Source of the DNA: Myxococcota bacterium
GTDB taxonomy: Bacteria; Myxococcota_A; Polyangia; Nannocystales; Nannocystaceae
Assembly: GCA_039028615.1 (NCBI GenBank)
Contig: JBCCHT010000029.1
Span: forward strand, 1-64,000
Reading direction: 5' to 3'
DNA length: 64,000 nucleotides
Shown here one piece after another: positions 1 to 11,353 of the stretch. The number at the start of each line of letters is the position of its first letter. Position 1 is the stretch's first letter. The position numbers and the translations under genes are program-made. The notes under the pieces are model-generated. The model did not search any database. It was not told where the DNA came from and worked only from the letters and a program-made list of their open reading frames with translations.

Positions 1-528
1 GATCCGCGTCAGCCGGCCCTTGTCGTAGCGGCGCCACGCGTCGACGAAGCCATCGCGGTTGAGGTCGAGCTCGTCGAGGACCAGCGCGCCGCCCTCGTAG
101 TAGCTGCCCAGATCGATGCGGCCGTCGTAGTCCTGGTCGAACTGCTCGCGGACGAGCTTGCCGTTTTCGTCGTAGTGGAAGTACGCGTCGAGCCGGCCGT
201 CGAAGTTGAGGTCGGCCTGCTTGCAGCGCAGGGATGCGGCATCGGCGGTGCCGTACAGCGAGACGAGATCGGCGCGGCCGTCGTGGTTGGTGTCCTGCTG
301 CTCGGACCGCGTTCCGCGGGTGTCGCAGCGGGTCCCATCGATCCGCAGATCACGGAGGTTCGGATTGTGCGCAGCTAACGCGGATTCGTCCTCGGGCGGC
401 TGCGACTCGTCCTCTGCCTCGGGCTTGTTGGCGCAGCCCACGAGCCACAGCCCCAAGCCCAGGGCGATCGCGGCGCCATGGCGGCGAGTGGTGGGACCAT
501 GACCGGACGCACGCTTTTTCACGCCCAT
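1..528 (-). CDS. Lipoprotein with tandem DxDxDG (EF-hand-like) repeats; truncated by the window edge
   Basis: Manual translation from ATG at 528, not in the ORF track: MGVKKRASG...[13 protein letters not shown] (lipobox), then DTNHDG, DLNFDG, DQDYDG, DLNRDG; frame stays open to base 1. Confidence 0.8.
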   Translation of the reverse strand, partial: MGVKKRASGHGPTTRRHGAAIALGLGLWLVGCANKPEAEDESQPPEDESALAAHNPNLRDLRIDGTRCDTRGTRSEQQDTNHDGRADLVSLYGTADAASLRCKQADLNFDGRLDAYFHYDENGKLVREQFDQDYDGRIDLGSYYEGGALVLDELDLNRDGFVDAWRRYDKGRLTRI

Positions 529-642
529 ACTCTAGAAGGGGACCCAGGCCCGGGCAAGCGGGCAGGGACGAGGGGCAGGACAGGGCCCTCGGACGGGCGC
601 GCGGGGGACCGTTATGGTATCTCCGCCGGCCCGGACCTTGCC

Positions 643-2486
<1,844 letters not shown>

Positions 2487-2490
<4 letters not shown>

Positions 2491-4850
2491 GCGACGCTCA
2501 GCCAGAGACCGCGTCCAAGGGTGACGCCGGCAAAGAGGCCGCCGCCGGCAAGGAAGGCGCGCGGGAGCCATCCCCGCAGCGCTCGCCCCGGCAGATCAAA
2601 TCGGCCGTCGCCATCCTCAAGAAGGAAGCCAAGCGCATCCTCAAAAAGAACCGGGGCCGCATCGCCGCCGAGCCGACCCGGGCCATCGAGGAGTGCCTGA
2701 AGGAAATCGAGGTCCATCTCGAGTCCGAGGACTGGCGCGAGCTGCAGACGCAGGCCGAGCGCCTCGACGAGCTGCTCGAGCGCCACGCCGGGTTCGCCCG
2801 CAAGAGCGCCATCCGGGAGACCCTCGAGAACGTCGGCATCGCGGTGCTCATCGCCCTGGGGCTGCGCTCGTGCCTGTACGAGCCGTTCAAGATCCCCAGC
2901 GGTTCGATGATGCCGACGCTCCGCAACGGCGACCACATCTTCGTCAACAAGTTCGTCTACGGCATCCAGATCCCGTTCACCAACACGGTGGTGGGGCAGA
3001 GCTTCGGCGACATCGAGGCGGGGGACATCATCGTGTTCCGCTTCCCGCTCGACGAGGAGCAGGACTTCATCAAGCGGGTGGTCGGCCTGCCCGGCGACGA
3101 GGTGAAGGTCGAAGGGCGCCAGGTCTCCGTCAAGCGGGCGGGCACCGAAGAGTTCGTCGAGCTGCCGCGCAAGCGCCTCGACGACAAGTGCTACGACGAG
3201 ACCGGGCACAAGCCCGTCGCCAACTGCACGCTCTACGAAGAGACGATGGGGGACCGCACCTACGTCGTCCGCTATCGCCTGCGCAGCGAGGAGCGAGGCG
3301 AGCTCGCGCCGCCAGCCAAGATCTGGAAGGTCCCCGAGGGGCACCTGATGGTCATGGGCGACAACCGCAACGACTCGCTCGACAGCCGACGCTGGGAGGA
3401 GACGGTCGAGGCGGTCGAGGCCGAGGGCCTGCTGTCCAGAAAAGACCTGCGCGACCTGACCGACGAGCGGCTGTTCACCAGCACGCCGCCGCCGTACATC
3501 GCGCAGCAGGCCGATCCCAAGCACGACCACGTCATTCATCGGGCGGCCCATCGCGCCGAGGACCACGACCTGGCGCTCGAGGCTTGGCGCGAGCCCACGC
3601 TGGGCGTAGAGGCGGTCTACGACACCAAGGTCGCCACGTGGCCGGGCGGGCGGGCGCTGGGTTGGGATGCCCTGGTGGGTCCCTCCAACGGGCCCGAGAC
3701 GGATCGTTTGCTCCAGCACGGCGAGAGCATCGACGCGGTGTACGTGGCCGAGGACGAGACGGCCCGCCACGCGGTGCTGCGTCTACGCGAGCCCGATGCG
3801 GTGGTGGCCTTTGCCTGCGGCAAGGCGCTGTGCCCCGACGACGCCAGCGTGGCCAAGCGGGTGGGCGCGGCCCTCGATCGCTTCGGCGACGACCGCAGCC
3901 GCGAGGCCCGGGACCTGCTCGTCCGCCCCAGCGACCCTTCCGCCAACTACAGCTCGCACTTCAAGTCCCGGCACAGCCCCAAGGACCACTACTTCGAGCG
4001 TCGCTTCGCCTCCACCGAGCCCGGACCCCGCGGCCAGGTGCGCCTGCGAGTGTTCCGCAAGCCCGAGGAGGGCACCGAGCAGGTCCGCGACGCCGCCTTG
4101 CGTCGCTTCGGCATCGACCCCCAGGCGCCCGACGGCCCCAAGCCCGAGGTCAGCGACCTGGGCCTGGCCTCGTGGATCGTCGACGACGGGAACGCGTGGG
4201 TCAGCATCGCCGCCGACATCACCCGCGAGATGGTCGTGGTGCTCGAGTGTGGCAAGCACGTGTGCAACCGCGAGGCCAAGGCCCGCGAGCTCGCGGCGCA
4301 GGTGCACGGTCGTGTGCCCCGGGCCGCGGGCGATCGCCGACGCATGCGAGACCTGCTGGGCATGGCCGATCTCGACGGGTTGCCCGAGGTCCCCGCCCGG
4401 CGCCCCGAGCTTTACGAGTACGATCGCGTCCAGCTCGAAGCCACCGTCAAGGGCGACTCCCACAGCGTCGAGCTCGAGGCTTGGCTCCATCCCGAAGGGG
4501 GCACCAGCGGCAAGGTCGACGCGCTGCGCGAGGAGATGGGCGGGCTGGAAGCCGACGATTCGGTCGTGCCCGGGGCCTACGGTGGCAGCACCGATGATGC
4601 GGTGGTGTTCGTGTTCCCCGTGGCCGAGACCGAGGCGGTGATCCGGCTGAAGTGCCACCACGGCCTGTGCCCCTCGCGGGAGACGGCGGTGGCTCTCGCT
4701 CGCCGGGCGGCCAATCGAGCCACCGATCCCAGCAAGTTCATCGAGCCCGACGCGATTCGGCCCAAGCCCTTCGTACCCCGCGGCAACGTGAAGGGGCGAG
4801 CGGATCGCATCTGGCTGCCGCTGTCGCGTTTCTGGCTGCCCGTGCGCTGA
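2487..4850 (+). CDS. lepB: Signal peptidase I with large internal insertion
   Basis: TM segment, [10 protein letters not shown] (Ser), DFIKRVVG (Lys), [13 protein letters not shown], distant [15 protein letters not shown] overlap with the lepA stop. Confidence 0.92.
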
Positions 4851-5098
4851 GCCTCGCCCCGTCGGTCGATTCTGCCAGTGCGGCGCGGGTCGGCAGGTGA
4901 GGGGACCGCGCGATCGCGTCGTGTCGGGCGAACGATCCCTCGCGTCATTCGCCCGGGAACCCCGGTCGGCGACGCTCGTGCGTCGGAGGGCAGGGATGGA
5001 ACGCCCCTCGCCGCCCAAGCGGTCCCGAGAAGTGAGACAAAGGGGTCGGCACCCTGAAAGCTCCGGTACCCGTCCGATCGTTGGTTCCCCGGACCCCG

Positions 5099-7657
5099 AT
5101 GCCCGCGCCCCTCACCAGTCTCGCCCTGTCGTCCGCTCTTGCGTCCTTTGCGCCAGGGGAGGGGGACCTCGTGACCGTCGAACCCGGGCTCGCCCCCGGC
5201 GAAGTCGAGATCGAGGGCACCCGCTGGCAGCAGCTCCAACGCGAGGACGACCCCGTGCCCGGGCCGATGATCGTCAGCCGCGAGGTTCGCATCGAGCGGG
5301 TGCCCGGCGGCGTCCAGGTCGAGGCGCGCTGGTCGATTCGGAGTGAGCAGAGCGCGTGGTTGGCCCAGCGGCTGCTGGCGACGACCTCCGCTCGGGTCGA
5401 GCACGTGCGCTGGAACGGCCGCAAGGCGCCGGTCTTGGCGGGAGACGCCGGGGTGCTGGTCGTCGAGCGCATCACGGGCGACGGCGTGCTCGAGCTGCAG
5501 GCCTTCGTGCCCGGCAACCCCGATCGAGGGATGGACCTCGAGCTGTTGGCCGCGCCCACGGGCACGGTCACCACTGTCGGCTTCGACGCCGAGCTCACCG
5601 TCGAGGCGGGGGAATTGCCCGTGCTGCCGCGCAAGGGCACCACGCGCTCGACCGGAGCCGGGGCGCTGCGCCTCGCCAAGGCCACCGAGCAGCCCGTCTC
5701 GCAGCGGGGGCCCATCGTCGTGGCCAAGGTCGCGGTGGGGGTCACGGTGGGCGACGCAGAGCTACGGGGCAGGGGACACCTGCGCTGGGAGATTCGCCAC
5801 GGCTCGCTCGAGCGGGTGTCCTTCGTCGCGTACGGGCTGGGCGAAGACCTGACCATCGAAGGGGCCGGCATCGGCCAGTGGAAGCGCGAGGGCGATCGGA
5901 TCGTCGTGACCCTCGCCGAGGCCACCGAGCGCAGCGTCGACCTCGATCTGCGCTGGACCACGGCGGCTCCGGGCGGCGCCGAGGCCAGCCTGCCGTTGCC
6001 CACCATCGTGCCGCAGGACGTGTTCCGCAGCGCCAGCGCCATGCAGCTGGCCCGCGACGGCGAGGTCGACGTGCGGCCGCGCCTGGACTCGTGGACGCCC
6101 GTGGCCAGCGTGCAGCTGCCAGAGTGGGCCAAGGGCCTGGTCGAAGGCACGCCCACCGCCGCGTTCAGCCGGCCTCGGGCCGCCGTCGATCGTGGCGACA
6201 CGCTGCAGCTGCTGCGGCTCGAGCCCGTGCCCGGGCCGCCCATGGTGGTCGACGTCGCCGACCTTCGCGTGGCCACCACCGCCGACGGCGGCACGCTGAT
6301 GCGCGCCCGCTACGAGATCCGCAACGAACGCGCCTCCCACCTCGCGGTCACGCCGCCGCCGGGCATGCGCCTGGTCGGCGTCACCGTGGGCGGTCGCGAG
6401 GTCTGGCCGGCTCGGGACGGCGACCAGCTGCGAATTCCACTCAAGCGATCGCTCGAGACCGTCCAGGGCTCGGTGACCGTACCCGTCACCGTGGCCTTCG
6501 TCGCCGAGGGGGATGCCGCGTGGGTTCGTCGGGAGCGTCGCGAGGTCCCGCTGCCCGTCATCGATGCGCCCGTCACCGTGCAGCGGGTCACCGTTCACCT
6601 GCCACCGCGCTATCGCTCCAAGCTCGCCGTGGGCAAGTCCGGCGTCGTCGACGAGTTCGACCGGGGGAACGACGTCGGCTACGGCTTCATCGACGACGGA
6701 CGCGTGGCGCAGGCCGATCGAGTGCTCAGCTCGGCCATCGACGCGTGGAACGACAACGAGTTCGACGACGCGCTGCACTTACTCGACCAGTTCCGAAACA
6801 TCGGCGGGTACGGGTCCAACCTCGAGGGGCTCGAGGCCAACATCAACCTCGTGCGGCCCATGCTCGGGGCCACCGTCGACGCCGACGGCGACTGTGCGCC
6901 CGGCGGGGCGCCGATCCTGGCCAGCCTCGTGGAGGGGCCCGATTCCGCCGCCGCCCGCCGGGTCCGCGCTCAGGCCCGGGCGCGCTCGGGCAAGAAGCAG
7001 GCCGCGTACGCCAAGACCAAGAAGCGTGCGAAGGCCTACAAGAACGCGGGCGACTACGAGAAAGCCGCCGAGGCCTACCGCGAGGCGCTGGACACCAGCC
7101 GCGAGCTCGATGCGCTCCAAGACGAGGAGTCGGTCGAGTATGCGTTCGAAGCCGAGCAGCTTCAGGACGAGCTGAAACAGCTCGAGCAGCAGGTCGACGT
7201 CGACAACGACGACGTCGCCGATGCGCCCGACGAGCCGGCATCCGCCGCGGTCTATGACTTCGAAGACGACGACATCGACGAAGACGAGATCATGGTCGAG
7301 CGCGTCGAGGCCAAGGACGCCGCCGGCATCTCGCTGGCGGGGGTCCAGCGCCAGGAAATGTCGCTGTCCGCCGACGTCATCAGCGAACGAGAGGTCTTCG
7401 TCACCGCGGGGGCTCGCATGCGGCGGAGCTTTCGCTGGATGCCTCGGCTCATCCGCCACATCAAGGAGCGTCGGGACGAACGACGGCGCGGATACGTGGC
7501 CGATTTGCCGGACACCTGGTGGGGCGGCGCCATCATGCGGGTGCCACAAATCGGCGAGCCCGTTCGGTATCAGCAGCTGTTGCTCGAGGCCGGCGAGGCT
7601 CGCTCCGTGCCCGTGGATGCCCGTCGTACGCGGCCGTTCCGGCCGTGGTCCGAGTAG
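5099..7657 (+). CDS. Large secreted hypothetical protein, beta-rich N-terminal part, TPR-like helix pair and acidic region near the C-terminus
   Basis: Long ORF with host-like codon usage; signal-like N-terminus; AKAYKNAGDYEKAAEAYREAL TPR-like segment. Confidence 0.75.
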   Translation: MPAPLTSLALSSALASFAPGEGDLVTVEPGLAPGEVEIEGTRWQQLQREDDPVPGPMIVSREVRIERVPGGVQVEARWSIRSEQSAWLAQRLLATTSARVEHVRWNGRKAPVLAGDAGVLVVERITGDGVLELQAFVPGNPDRGMDLELLAAPTGTVTTVGFDAELTVEAGELPVLPRKGTTRSTGAGALRLAKATEQPVSQRGPIVVAKVAVGVTVGDAELRGRGHLRWEIRHGSLERVSFVAYGLGEDLTIEGAGIGQWKREGDRIVVTLAEATERSVDLDLRWTTAAPGGAEASLPLPTIVPQDVFRSASAMQLARDGEVDVRPRLDSWTPVASVQLPEWAKGLVEGTPTAAFSRPRAAVDRGDTLQLLRLEPVPGPPMVVDVADLRVATTADGGTLMRARYEIRNERASHLAVTPPPGMRLVGVTVGGREVWPARDGDQLRIPLKRSLETVQGSVTVPVTVAFVAEGDAAWVRRERREVPLPVIDAPVTVQRVTVHLPPRYRSKLAVGKSGVVDEFDRGNDVGYGFIDDGRVAQADRVLSSAIDAWNDNEFDDALHLLDQFRNIGGYGSNLEGLEANINLVRPMLGATVDADGDCAPGGAPILASLVEGPDSAAARRVRAQARARSGKKQAAYAKTKKRAKAYKNAGDYEKAAEAYREALDTSRELDALQDEESVEYAFEAEQLQDELKQLEQQVDVDNDDVADAPDEPASAAVYDFEDDDIDEDEIMVERVEAKDAAGISLAGVQRQEMSLSADVISEREVFVTAGARMRRSFRWMPRLIRHIKERRDERRRGYVADLPDTWWGGAIMRVPQIGEPVRYQQLLLEAGEARSVPVDARRTRPFRPWSE

Positions 7658-7983
7658 CGTGGCGCCGGGGTTTGCCCGCCCGCGATAACCCCCGCGGCGG
7701 TGTTCGGTGGGCAGGGGTACCCCGGGCCAATTCTCGCAGTTCGGCCGTCAGTGGCATCGTGCGGGGATTTAGCGCCCCAGAACGTGCCTGATATTCTACT
7801 TTACATAATATTGATTATCGGAAATATCTCTGTAGACCCGTCCCACGGTCCTCCTTCCCGGATCGATGAGGCTGCGCGCCTGTTGCGCGAGCGCAGCGCC
7901 GCGCATCAGGGGCCCCGAAGAAAAGCCAAGTCCCGCGGCGTCCTTCGAAAGGATGTCGTGCCGCTGGGTATTGCCTGGTCACG

Positions 7984-8745
7984 ATGACGACTCAGCCTCT
8001 CCACTCCCTCCGCTGCTCCCTCGCTCTGCTCCTGGCCGGGGTTGCGCCCGTCGCCGTCGCTGGCTGCGACCAAGGCTCCGAATTCGACACGGGTGCCGAG
8101 GAACTCACCGCGGAAGATTTGGACATCGACGTGAAGACGCCGATCGACGGCGACGCCGATGAGGAGGACGCGGCTGGCCCCGCGCAAGACCACAACACGA
8201 TGGAGGTCCTGGCGGCGCCCGACAGCCCGAGCGCGGCGGTCATCACCACCCACTCCCACCGTAGCGTATTGCTGACGGACACCCTCGAAGACGGCGACGT
8301 CGTGATGCTTCGCAGCGTGGGTCAGGGCTACCTGGGCTGCAACGACGCCGGGGCCATCCAGACGAGCAAGGCTCCGAACAACACCGACGGGCGACTGTGG
8401 CGGGTCCACCTGGTCGACCTCGACGGCGATGGCAACGACGAGATGCAGTTCGAGCTCGTCGACGGTGGATACACCAACAAGTATCTCAGCATGCACGACT
8501 TCGGGTTCACCAGCTTCGTGTTCTGCGGCACCCTCCAAGGTGCTGGTGAGGCGGCGTCGTGGAGCTGGGGCCACTGGTACGGGCAGAACGGAAGCGTGTA
8601 TCGGAAGGTCAGCCGCTCCTTGGTCAACTTCGACCACAACAAGTGCATCCACAGCACGAGTGCGATCCCGGCAATCGGCGGCGCCTGCAATCACCACGTG
8701 CACACCATGTTCAACATGGAGGTCCTGGATACCGCCGTGATGTAA
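7984..8745 (+). CDS. Lipoprotein, possibly beta-trefoil/fascin-like
   Basis: Lipobox VAVAGC; acidic linker; LRSVGQGYLG...LWRV pattern; fold is a guess. Confidence 0.7.
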   Translation: MTTQPLHSLRCSLALLLAGVAPVAVAGCDQGSEFDTGAEELTAEDLDIDVKTPIDGDADEEDAAGPAQDHNTMEVLAAPDSPSAAVITTHSHRSVLLTDTLEDGDVVMLRSVGQGYLGCNDAGAIQTSKAPNNTDGRLWRVHLVDLDGDGNDEMQFELVDGGYTNKYLSMHDFGFTSFVFCGTLQGAGEAASWSWGHWYGQNGSVYRKVSRSLVNFDHNKCIHSTSAIPAIGGACNHHVHTMFNMEVLDTAVM

Positions 8746-8761
8746 GCCGATTGACCCCCGC

Positions 8762-9415
8762 ATGACGCATTGCGATGCTGGTGAGGTGAGAGGCCCTGCA
8801 ACGATGTTCGCCGTCGCCCTTCTGCTCATGGCTTGTCCGGGTTCGAGTGACGACGACACGACGACGGCGGTGGCGGACGGCACCGGGTCCCCGAGCACGG
8901 GACCGGACCAGCCGGCCACGGGCACCGTGGACTCCACCGGTTCGGGAGCCCCGGCAACGTCCGAGTCCGGCGGGGCGACGACGACCGAGGCCGACACCGG
9001 GACCACGGGCGACGAGATGTGCACCGACGAGACGTGCACCTCGCTGCTGACGATGACCTTCAGCCATGATCTGGCGTTGCTCGACGGGCCCCACCCGCTG
9101 GACATCCAGACGCCGCTGCACGACTTGATCTGCAGCATCGATCCGGCGCCCGAGGGCCAGAAGTCCTGCTTCGGGTTCATGTTCACCGATCTCAGCTGGG
9201 ACGAGCAGACGATCACGGTGGAGATGACCGGGCCGTTCTTCGACACGGACCTCAACCCCGAGGCCACGCCCTTCGAGTCGGTCGCGGTGCAGCTGCGCCT
9301 CGAAGACCAAACGCTGTACGACGAAGTGCTGCCCGTCGTGTCGGGGGATCCGATCCAGCCCGATCCCTGCGGCCAGGTCTGCTGGCACGCCACGGTCGAC
9401 GCGACGATCGAATGA
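8762..9415 (+). CDS. Lipoprotein with Thr/Gly/Ser-rich linker
   Basis: LLLMAC lipobox, low-complexity linker, paired Cys; true start may be 8786 or 8804. Confidence 0.75.
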   Translation: MTHCDAGEVRGPATMFAVALLLMACPGSSDDDTTTAVADGTGSPSTGPDQPATGTVDSTGSGAPATSESGGATTTEADTGTTGDEMCTDETCTSLLTMTFSHDLALLDGPHPLDIQTPLHDLICSIDPAPEGQKSCFGFMFTDLSWDEQTITVEMTGPFFDTDLNPEATPFESVAVQLRLEDQTLYDEVLPVVSGDPIQPDPCGQVCWHATVDATIE

Positions 9416-9559
9416 GCGCCGCGCGTCGAAAAATCTAACGGAATGGCGGGCGTCGATCACTACACGCTCTCGACCGACGCCACGCCAGCGTGACTGAGGA
9501 CGGCCCTAAGGGATTCCCTCCTCACCGCATGGCGGACGCGCGGTCGTGGACCTGCCGTC

Positions 9560-10876
9560 ATGCAACGACCGACCCCTGCCGTTCCCTCCTCCCCCGTCTC
9601 CCCTCCCCTCGCCACCCTGCTGCTCGTCTCGCTCGTGTCCAGCTGTGGCACGACCGTCGAGCCCTGCCTCGACGAAGATGATCCGCGGTGCTTCGGCGAC
9701 ACCAACGAGGACGGAGGTTCCGCCGACGAAGCTCGCGGGAGCTTCGATCCCACGCAACCCATCGTCCTGAGCACGGCGACCGGAGCGTCCGTCGCGATCC
9801 CTGCCGACGGCCTGGTGTGTGGCGGCGAAGCTCCCACGGGGCCGGTCGAAGTCCAGGTGGGTCATCCCGTTCGCGAAGGCAGCGAGCTCGCCGACATGCC
9901 CGGCGGTTTTCTCGGGCGCACGATGGAGGGTGAGTCGGTCGCGCTCGCGTCGTTCGGGGTCATCTCGGTCGAGATCACCGATGCCGACGGGACCCCGTGC
10001 AACCTGGCCCCCGGCGTCGAGGCCCAGATCGCGGTGCCCTTCGCCTCGGGCGGCTTCGGCAGCACGTTCACCGCGCCCGACGAGGTGCCGCTGTGGCATC
10101 TGGAGCGGGGCGCGGACTTCTGGGTGGAAGAGGGCGTCGCGCGCTACGAGGACGATGCCGGGGACTATCGCGGCAGCGTCACACACTTCTCGAGCTGGAA
10201 CGTCGACCGGGACTACTTCCTGGCGTGCCTGCGGGGCACGGTCGTCTACTCGGACGGCAGCCCAGTGCCCAACGCCGCCGTGCAGTTCAACGTGACCACC
10301 TTGCCCGACGGCCTCGATCCCAATCGAGTGCTCAGCGGCGACTACACAGAGGCGGGACTCACCGGGAGCTTCGAGCTCGATTCCGTGCCCGCGGGCGCGA
10401 ACGGGACCATCACCGCCGTCGATGGCGACGGTGAGTCGGGCTTCATCCAGTACAGCGTGCCGGACTCGGGCTTCGGCTGCATCGACGTGGGCCAGATCGT
10501 GATCGATGGCGGCGGTGAGCAACCCGATACCTGTGGCGACCTGTCGGGGACCCTGTGGGGCAACGAAGCCGATGAGCCCAACACCGCGGGGGACTATCGC
10601 TTGACCGACCTGTCGTTCCGCCAGGGTGGAGAGTTTCGCAGCTTCTACCGCTGGTGGGACTCGAGCGACGGCAGCTGCAACGGGGTCTACAACGACACGC
10701 TCAACGGGGGATCGTGGTCGATGGACGGTTGCGAGGGCACCGTGGTCGAAAACGGCACCGAGTACGACGTGCGCTACGACCAAGGCGACCTGCTCGTGGC
10801 CGGGCTTCGGTTCCGCCGGATCACCGAGCCTCAGTCGCCCTTCGGCTGTCAGGTCCCTTCGAGTTCGTTCCCGTAG
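9560..10876 (+). CDS. Lipoprotein with HFSxWN motif and carboxypeptidase-regulatory-like domain
   Basis: LVSSC lipobox; VPLWHL...VTHFSSWNVD; CLRGTVVYSDGSPVPNAAV. Confidence 0.8.
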   Translation: MQRPTPAVPSSPVSPPLATLLLVSLVSSCGTTVEPCLDEDDPRCFGDTNEDGGSADEARGSFDPTQPIVLSTATGASVAIPADGLVCGGEAPTGPVEVQVGHPVREGSELADMPGGFLGRTMEGESVALASFGVISVEITDADGTPCNLAPGVEAQIAVPFASGGFGSTFTAPDEVPLWHLERGADFWVEEGVARYEDDAGDYRGSVTHFSSWNVDRDYFLACLRGTVVYSDGSPVPNAAVQFNVTTLPDGLDPNRVLSGDYTEAGLTGSFELDSVPAGANGTITAVDGDGESGFIQYSVPDSGFGCIDVGQIVIDGGGEQPDTCGDLSGTLWGNEADEPNTAGDYRLTDLSFRQGGEFRSFYRWWDSSDGSCNGVYNDTLNGGSWSMDGCEGTVVENGTEYDVRYDQGDLLVAGLRFRRITEPQSPFGCQVPSSSFP

Positions 10877-10885
10877 CTCTCGCGG

Positions 10886-11341
10886 CTAGGCCCCGGTACA
10901 GATCGGCGCATTGATCAGCCCCGCGCAGAATCCATCGGCCGAGTACAGGGCGTCCTGGTCCTCGCAGATGGGCTCCAGCACCGCGGGGCTGCGATCCGCC
11001 TGGATGCACAGAATCGCCATGGCCGCCAGCGGGTCGGCGTTGGGGTTGTTGCAACAGGCGACGATGGTGTCGCGCCAGGCCAGGCAGGCGGGCATTGGCG
11101 TGATGTCGATGGGGTCCGAGTTGCCGCAGTCGACCATCGTGTCGGTGTTGGCGTTGCCATTGCCGTCTCCGTTGGCGTTGCCCCCATCGTCGGCGGCCGT
11201 GGCCCCGGACTCGCCCCCGGCTCCATCGTCTTCGCTCGCGCCGTCGTCACCGCAGGCCACGGTGAGGCCCGCGGCCAGCAGCATCGAGACCGTGGCGGCG
11301 GCAGCTCGTCCGCCGATGTTTCGGTTCGTTCGTCGAGTCAT
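10886..11341 (-). CDS. Small Cys-rich lipoprotein
   Basis: LTVAC lipobox, G/D/N linker, Cys-rich C-terminus; GGAGAG RBS. Confidence 0.75.
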   Translation of the reverse strand: MTRRTNRNIGGRAAAATVSMLLAAGLTVACGDDGASEDDGAGGESGATAADDGGNANGDGNGNANTDTMVDCGNSDPIDITPMPACLAWRDTIVACCNNPNADPLAAMAILCIQADRSPAVLEPICEDQDALYSADGFCAGLINAPICTGA

Positions 11342-11353
11342 CGTCGTCTCCTC

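Noticed and set aside
478..642. 55-aa N-terminal extension of LepA in the ORF track
   Set aside because: Overlaps the divergent lipoprotein gene and promoter region; ATG 643 is more plausible
3396..4769. LepB insertion as an intein
   Set aside because: No N-terminal Cys/Ser, no terminal His-Asn, no LAGLIDADG motif; the insert is three repeats instead
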